DNA from: Epithemia pelagica
Taxonomy: Eukaryota > Protista > Bacillariophyta
NCBI GenBank assembly: GCA_946965045.2
Contig: OX337235.1
Span: forward strand, 372,001 to 436,000
Reading direction: 5' to 3'
DNA length: 64,000 nucleotides
The position numbers and the translations under genes are program-made. Every line of letters starts with the position of its first letter. Positions within the stretch are counted from its first letter, which is position 1. The notes beneath the pieces were generated by a model. That model made no database searches. It was not told the DNA's origin and saw only the letters and a program-made list of their open reading frames with translations. Shown here piece by piece: positions 58,043 through 64,000 of this stretch.

Positions 58043-60355
58043 TTAGATGTCATTTTCTTGCAAGGCGTCCTCAAAGTCCTTTGCGATCTCTTGCAAAAAC
58101 TCGGATGATGGGATCTGCTTCAGTGTCTCGTCTCGCAGCAACCGCTCAAAGCTTTTTCCACTTCCCAATGCAACGTCTGAATGAGACACCATGACCTCCG
58201 ACTTTTCCCCTCCTCCACGAGTCGAAGAAGCGGCGAGCTTGGTCGCTCCAAAACGGTCATTGGCAGGCACTTCGATTATAAATGTCGAAATTGAACCACG
58301 GGAGAAATTCATACCAGGGCCGGGGTTTTGCGATGGATCCTTGAGGCCAATCAGTAAGAGAATACACAACCCAGTTTCAATGCCAGCGCCCTTAAACACC
58401 TTTTCCATGGCGCTGAGTGCACTCTGGCGTTGCTCGGGAGTGTAAGATAGTCGATTCTTTACACTCACTAGCATGGGACAATAGTGATCATGATTATTGT
58501 GTTTGTATCGCACAGGTATCACCAGGTCGTAAGCTGGGCAAGAGGCATATGCATAGGATGCCCTTGCACTTCGATACCAGTGCTCCAAAAGGCCACTCTC
58601 CTGCAGTTCTTTTAGGCTGTAACGCAAGTAATTACGACACACTTGGATGAAATTGACGCTTGCTTCTCCAGTGCTATCAACGCTAGATGAATCATCATCG
58701 TTGCCTTGCAGTCTTTTGATAAATTTCTCGAGTGGAACAGAGAGTTGTAACAGATCTTGTGATTTTTCCCAGCGCAACTCGTCTCCACAAGCTAGCATGT
58801 AAAAAGCAGCCGCGACTTGACCAACATCTCCCTTTTCAGGACGACACAATGCAGACGTATACATCTTGATGGCAAATTCGGACCAGAAAGAAGGAGGTTG
58901 AGAAAAGGCGCCAAAAGACTCGCAGTTCTCAATCATTTGGGACATGGCAAGCCATGCGCATACCGGATCCGGAAGGTACGCAATATCTGCGACAGATGGT
59001 TGTTCCGGGTCAAAATGAGTGAGATGGGCATACCCCCAAGCCACTTGTTTTGACGCAAGATCAAATGAAACTTGGCCCAATGGCAGACGAGCTGCCAAAA
59101 TTGAAAAACATGAACTCACGTTTTCCAATTCAATCTTGTAGGTCCCAACTTTCATCCGAAGCAAAATTGAGTCCAACGCATCTTTCAAATCACCCTTTAG
59201 ATGCATCCGAGCGAACAACGGGCGCCCATATTGAACTGCAACATCAAACTCTGTAGAAGATTCTTTATCGAATTCGGAACCATTGGTGATTGAAACAAGT
59301 CCATTCGTTGTGATTTCGAAAAATGGAGCATACATTCTTTTGCCTGAGTTGTATGTTGGTCTTACATTTCTTGAGTAGTATGAATTCTGCGGTGGTTCCG
59401 GAAAGTAGTTTGCCAAACTCATGCTTGTTCCTGCAAACACGCCAACAATGTTATGTTCATTTCGTTCTTTTCGAAGCCACCATCGTATGCTTCGAAAATA
59501 AAACCCATCACCATTGTTGATGAGGTGTTGGGACTCGTCAAATAGCAGCACGACCTTTTTCGTTCTTGCCTTCTCTACAAAAGCATCCAACTTCTTCCAC
59601 AGCGTTTCTTGGCCATCTTTGGTGGTTCCAATTATTTTAACGTCCAGAGTGTCGGAGAATATGTCACTGCCCCATGCTAAGTGCGTGACTTCACCATAAT
59701 GGCACAGAATAAGTTCGCAGTGAACGTCGCTTTGATTGTCACTGTTAAACATCTTTTTGCATTCGTGTAGCAATTTGGTCTTGCCAGTTCCACTCGATTG
59801 GATGAGCGGAAAATACGGAGCCATGTACTCGTCTCTTGTGGAGGCTTTCCATTTGAAAAGTTCTTCCACTCGAGCCTTCAACGCATTCAAGTCTCGCTTG
59901 TACAATATTGCGCTGTTTTTGATGTCAAAGTCGATCAAGGCCAGTCTCTGGGATTCATTGGGGGAAAGATCCAAACGAGTTAACTCTCCTGTTGTCAAAA
60001 AGTGTGCCAAGTCAATCTTCAACGACGTTTGTAAATCTTCACGGAAACCAGGAAAATCATTCAAGAATTTGATCGATAGACTTCGAATCGTTTGCATATT
60101 TTCTTGTGACATTTCTGTCTTGAACCAATCGTCTTCCAAGTAGTCACCAAGTGTTTTGCTGTCCTCCGGTGGATTCGGAGAGCTAGCTTTCAAGGTTTGG
60201 CGAGTCTTCCTTACGGTCACTTTTCGGTTCTTTTTAGCTGGGCCGGTTTCGTCATTGCCCCCTCCACCCTCTCCCCCCTCGTTGTTGGTAGAGCCTCCGT
60301 AACTCCTTATTGCGAAAAGAGTTCTATTGTTGTTGTTGCGTTGAGTTGTAGACAC
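58043..60355 (-). CDS. NTPase-REase copy 5 (770-aa open frame; track start is GTG, true start uncertain)
   Basis: All motifs present; distinct segment EMSQENMQTIRSLSIKFLNDFPGFREDLQTSL before the P-loop. Confidence 0.7.
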   Translation of the reverse strand: MSTTQRNNNNRTLFAIRSYGGSTNNEGGEGGGGNDETGPAKKNRKVTVRKTRQTLKASSPNPPEDSKTLGDYLEDDWFKTEMSQENMQTIRSLSIKFLNDFPGFREDLQTSLKIDLAHFLTTGELTRLDLSPNESQRLALIDFDIKNSAILYKRDLNALKARVEELFKWKASTRDEYMAPYFPLIQSSGTGKTKLLHECKKMFNSDNQSDVHCELILCHYGEVTHLAWGSDIFSDTLDVKIIGTTKDGQETLWKKLDAFVEKARTKKVVLLFDESQHLINNGDGFYFRSIRWWLRKERNEHNIVGVFAGTSMSLANYFPEPPQNSYYSRNVRPTYNSGKRMYAPFFEITTNGLVSITNGSEFDKESSTEFDVAVQYGRPLFARMHLKGDLKDALDSILLRMKVGTYKIELENVSSCFSILAARLPLGQVSFDLASKQVAWGYAHLTHFDPEQPSVADIAYLPDPVCAWLAMSQMIENCESFGAFSQPPSFWSEFAIKMYTSALCRPEKGDVGQVAAAFYMLACGDELRWEKSQDLLQLSVPLEKFIKRLQGNDDDSSSVDSTGEASVNFIQVCRNYLRYSLKELQESGLLEHWYRSARASYAYASCPAYDLVIPVRYKHNNHDHYCPMLVSVKNRLSYTPEQRQSALSAMEKVFKGAGIETGLCILLLIGLKDPSQNPGPGMNFSRGSISTFIIEVPANDRFGATKLAASSTRGGGEKSEVMVSHSDVALGSGKSFERLLRDETLKQIPSSEFLQEIAKDFEDALQENDI

Positions 60356-60529
60356 AATATAGCAACAAATAAGTTTGTTGTAGCAGAGTTGGATTCGTTG
60401 ATACAGTGCAGTAGACGATCGAGAATGGTCGAATCATTCCGAGTGATAGTACAGCGTATAGTTTGTAATTAGTCATGCCAGAACAAGAATCCATGCCAAG
60501 CCACAGAAACATTAGTCCAAGGAAGAAAC

Positions 60530-61507
60530 ATGGTGGAAAAGGATACAAGAGGGACAAACCACTTGTCACCACTCAACAAAACGACGACACCAAATCTTTG
60601 GTACAACCAACTAATACTTACTTTTGTCCTTCCACAAAGGATTGTAGATTGGATCCTGGAAGACAAAAGACCTCAGCAACATGATTCTGGTACGCATACG
60701 CCAAAATCCACTGACCAAGCATCGACGACACAAGTCGTCCACACCGGGAGAAGGAAGAAAACAAAAAGACCATGGTCGATGCCACGGTTTTTGCTTTCGG
60801 GTCATATTTTGGAAGGGGCACAAAACGACCAAAACCGTTTGGGTGGGCCGGGCGATGGTTTGGTCGTGCAGAAGCACAGGCAAGGTACACGGCGGGAGCT
60901 CACGCGAGCCGTCGTCACGATTGGATCGTCACAAAATGGCTCAGACGTGCTCGCATCCATTCCATTGATCCCCCGTCTAAATATCCTTGTATTAAATTTA
61001 ACGTTTGGAACCATGCAAAGAATGATGCCACTGCACGAACAAGCACGATATTCGGGGCTTTTCATTTTGGACCAAAAAACCAAAATAGACTTGAGGGTCT
61101 GGATGGCGTCTGCGTAAGACTGCGCTGGTCGCACTGAACTCATGCAACAATGATAACAAGAGGGGACAAACCGCCGTCGCATTGAAATTAATCCGAAAAA
61201 GTCTCTCTGCAAGAAATGGCAAGAAGGACCACCCATGAACAAGCGGCGTGAGGGACATGCCGGGGCGGTGTACAATGAAGGCATCTACGATATGGGAGGA
61301 TACAATGGGGCTTCTTCAAGCTTGGATTGTGTGGAACGAATGAACGTGAAAGATCTGCTTCATTTTTCTACAAGAACAGAAAACAGCTCGAAGTACATCC
61401 ACTGGAATATATTGATTTGTAAATTATTAGCAGGTCGACATGGATGTTGCGCTCATGTAGTTCAAATTGGCTACATTGTCATAATGGGGGGATTTCACTT
61501 TGAGTAG
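60530..61507 (+). pseudogene. Degraded Kelch-repeat gene (copy 3)
   Basis: Direct copy of 37161..38138. Confidence 0.65.
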
Positions 61508-61818
61508 TAACCAGTATAAATGGGCCGAATGGCAGGAAGATACTACCTATCAAGAAAACACGAGTCAGGGAAAGAACAGTTCTCACAGTTTATATACTAC
61601 TCCCACTTGTTGAACCGACATGATTTTGTTGGAGAGTAGTCCAAGGTAGTTGTCTGTGTTTTCGTAGGTTTCTTTCATGGAAAGAGGGAAAGTGAAAGGC
61701 TCGTCCTTTTGCGACGAACTAATCCTGATCAACCACTCCAATTATCTTCTTGCTATGATTGCTGCCCATGTCCCACGAGTCCGCCCCCTTTTAGTTGCAA
61801 CACGGGTAGACTTGTTGT

Positions 61819-62203
61819 CAAAAGTCCTCTCGTATGTCAATTTAGTTCATGCCCAGGACTGTACCTTTTCCTTCTTGGAGCCCGCGAACAACAGTGGACC
61901 TGTCGAAACGCCCTACGGACATGGCGAAATCACCCAAGTCGAGCTCACCTTGATTGGTTTGCCCTTAGAATTGTCGGACCATGACAATCAAATTCTCAAA
62001 TCAAGTGGTCCTCAAGGTCCACAATCAAGCCTTTGGCAAAACATTCAGTGGCTGATATTGCGGTCGGAGGTCACCAACCGTGACAATCAAATTCTCAGCC
62101 GTGTGGTCCTCAACAAGGCCCACAATCAAGCCTTTGGCAACTCCGCCTTGTCTCTTGGTTTGTTCCAAACCGTTGCCAATATTGCTGTTGGGGGTCACCA
62201 AGG
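61819..62203 (+). pseudogene. Internal remnant of the secreted-protein gene
   Basis: Direct copy of 38445..38829. Confidence 0.75.
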
Positions 62204-63824
62204 TATTGCCCTTCGAGGAGTTACGCCCCGACGAGTGCCCCCGACGAGAAGCATTCCGAGCAGCAAATGATTGCGTCCGAGGGGGGGATGTAATAAAGTA
62301 CGTTGAGTTTTCTAATTGTTTGGAATACATAGGAAAACAGTACCATTGTAAAGAAAGATTACTTACGACAATAAGGAACAATCTAATTAGGACTCACAAA
62401 TATACTTAGAGGTTACTTAGGATCTACGAGTTTCCAAGCAGATAAAGTGGCCGCATTTGTGTGTTGGGCGTTGTGTTTTGTGTTTTCATCATTCGTTTGG
62501 AAAAAGGAAGACCTGACCATGACGAAACCTCCTACGGCCGTTGTCAGCCCCATGCCTTCCAAGGACAAGGGAAATCGTGGCATTGTGTCTTCTCCTATCT
62601 CCATTGCTTCTTCTTCGTCGTCTTTGTCGTCGTGTTCATCGTCTTCGTCGTCTTTATCGTTGTGTTCATCCTCGTCGGACGCCATCTCACTCGCCTTTGT
62701 ACCTTTGGACGGTACCTTCGTTCCAAAGATGGATGAATGCACTGGGAGCAACACCGATGCTCACAGTGTTCATTCCGATCCTTGGTACCTTGCCAAGTTG
62801 GAGAAAATGTAAGTTTGATTGTTGTTTTTCGTCATTGTCGACCAGTCTTCCTTCCTGCAACTCTTCCTTCCTTCCTCTCTTTCTGCGCGCGTGCCCCGCC
62901 TCATCCATTTTTGAATTCGTTGCTGTGTTTACCGTGCAAAACAAACCTCACACTTTTTCTTCCATTGCCATTTTTGCATCCCATTGAAGGAAACAAAAGA
63001 CCATGGCCAAGACTCCGCTCCGCCCCCGTCGATCTAAACGCAAGCTGCTGCTGCAGCAGCCAAGAAGAGGTACCGCGATGAAGAGATAGACGACATTCCT
63101 CGCCCTCCTGTTCGGAAGGTTACAAAGAAGGTTCATCCGAAGAAGAAACTTCCTCCTCCCACCGTTGACAATGGGAAGGAAAACGTTCCTCCTCCTCCTT
63201 GTCACCATCCTCACCCGAAAGAAAGGTAAGTTGTTGGATCATCATTACCGTCGTCTTTTCTGTATGATTGTTGTGTCTGACAAGAATGGCCTCCTCTTTT
63301 TCAGCACCAATGGGAAGAAGGATCGTCCTTCCCTTTTCGACGAGGAAGACGACGACGAAGAAGACGATCGTCTTCCTCCTCTTGTTCCTTATCTTCCGGA
63401 GTAAGTTGAGGATGAGATACTCCCTTCTTTTGTATGATTGTTGTGTCTCACACGAATGTCGTTCTTTCTTTCAGGGACGATGACGATGAAGATGAAGACG
63501 ATTGGTACCACCTGTTGGAAGATACGGACGACGAGGAACCACTGGACGAACATCATCCTCCTGCTGCCATTGGTCCCCCATCTCCACTCGATACACGAAC
63601 CATTGCCATGGCATGCGTCAAGCAGAGACATGTGACCGAAAATGAGGATGGCGAGCTGATGATTGCGGAGTATCAAAAACTCCCCGTGGATGTGCCACAC
63701 ACCAAGGACAGTATTCAGTACTGGAACACCTTTGCTCGCATCAGCGAGGATGTATACGAAGACGAGAACCACAAGTACGACGTTCGCGAGCTCTCGCAGA
63801 ACTCGGAGTCGTTCAACAAGGCCA
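62204..63824 (+). mobile_element. Truncated second copy of the tyrosine-recombinase element
   Basis: Same left junction caccaagg|tattgccc; ATG 63003; 1-bp deletion at ~63040; unrelated sequence from 63825. Confidence 0.75.
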
Positions 63825-64000
63825 TAGCAGAACTCTCATTGAGAATTCAGAAGGGTAATAGGTAGTTGGGTAAAAGGCTCGCTGAGCCGACAATCGATCA
63901 CCAACCGATACAACAATCCTCCACGGGTCAGAGAAGAGTTGCAAGTCGAAGTCCGCCGTGGGTTGGGGCAGTCGGTCCACTGATAAGAGGTTAGTCTTAA

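Larger units (their letters stand above)
55800..62078. repeat. Right arm of the quasi-palindrome
   Basis: Reverse complement of 47516..53820; spacer 53821..55799. Confidence 0.92.
52655..63824. repeat. Direct repeat unit 2 (pairs with 29294..40453)
   Basis: Colinear match; identity ends after ttcaacaaggcca at 63824. Confidence 0.92.

Overview
Eukaryotic, probably diatom (pennate-like) DNA; this is inferred from short GT-AG introns, CAA/ACG microsatellites, DUF6824-like genes and a diatom-type secreted family. The window is a repeat-driven accessory region built from nested inverted and direct duplications: block A (1-7.1 kb) inverted at 21.2-28.1 kb, an old inverted pair at 43.2-47.5 kb, a recent ~14.5-kb quasi-palindrome (47.5-62.1 kb), and an ~11-kb direct repeat with a 23.37-kb period. 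These amplify five copies of a Crinkler/RHS-effector-like P-loop NTPase + restriction-endonuclease-fold gene with mosaic hypervariable N-terminal segments, four near-complete copies (plus remnants) of a 342-aa secreted Cys-containing protein, METTL13/EEF1AKMT4-like methyltransferases and a Kelch pseudogene. Mobile elements: a complete TTAA-flanked piggyBac carrying a second ORF resembling the P2X7 ballast domain, a 270-bp hAT-type MITE, and an intron-containing Crypton-like tyrosine-recombinase element (one full, one truncated). Single-copy genes encode an EDR2-C (DUF1336)-like protein, an ankyrin-repeat protein and a low-complexity protein. All family calls come from motif recognition by eye; no searches were run.
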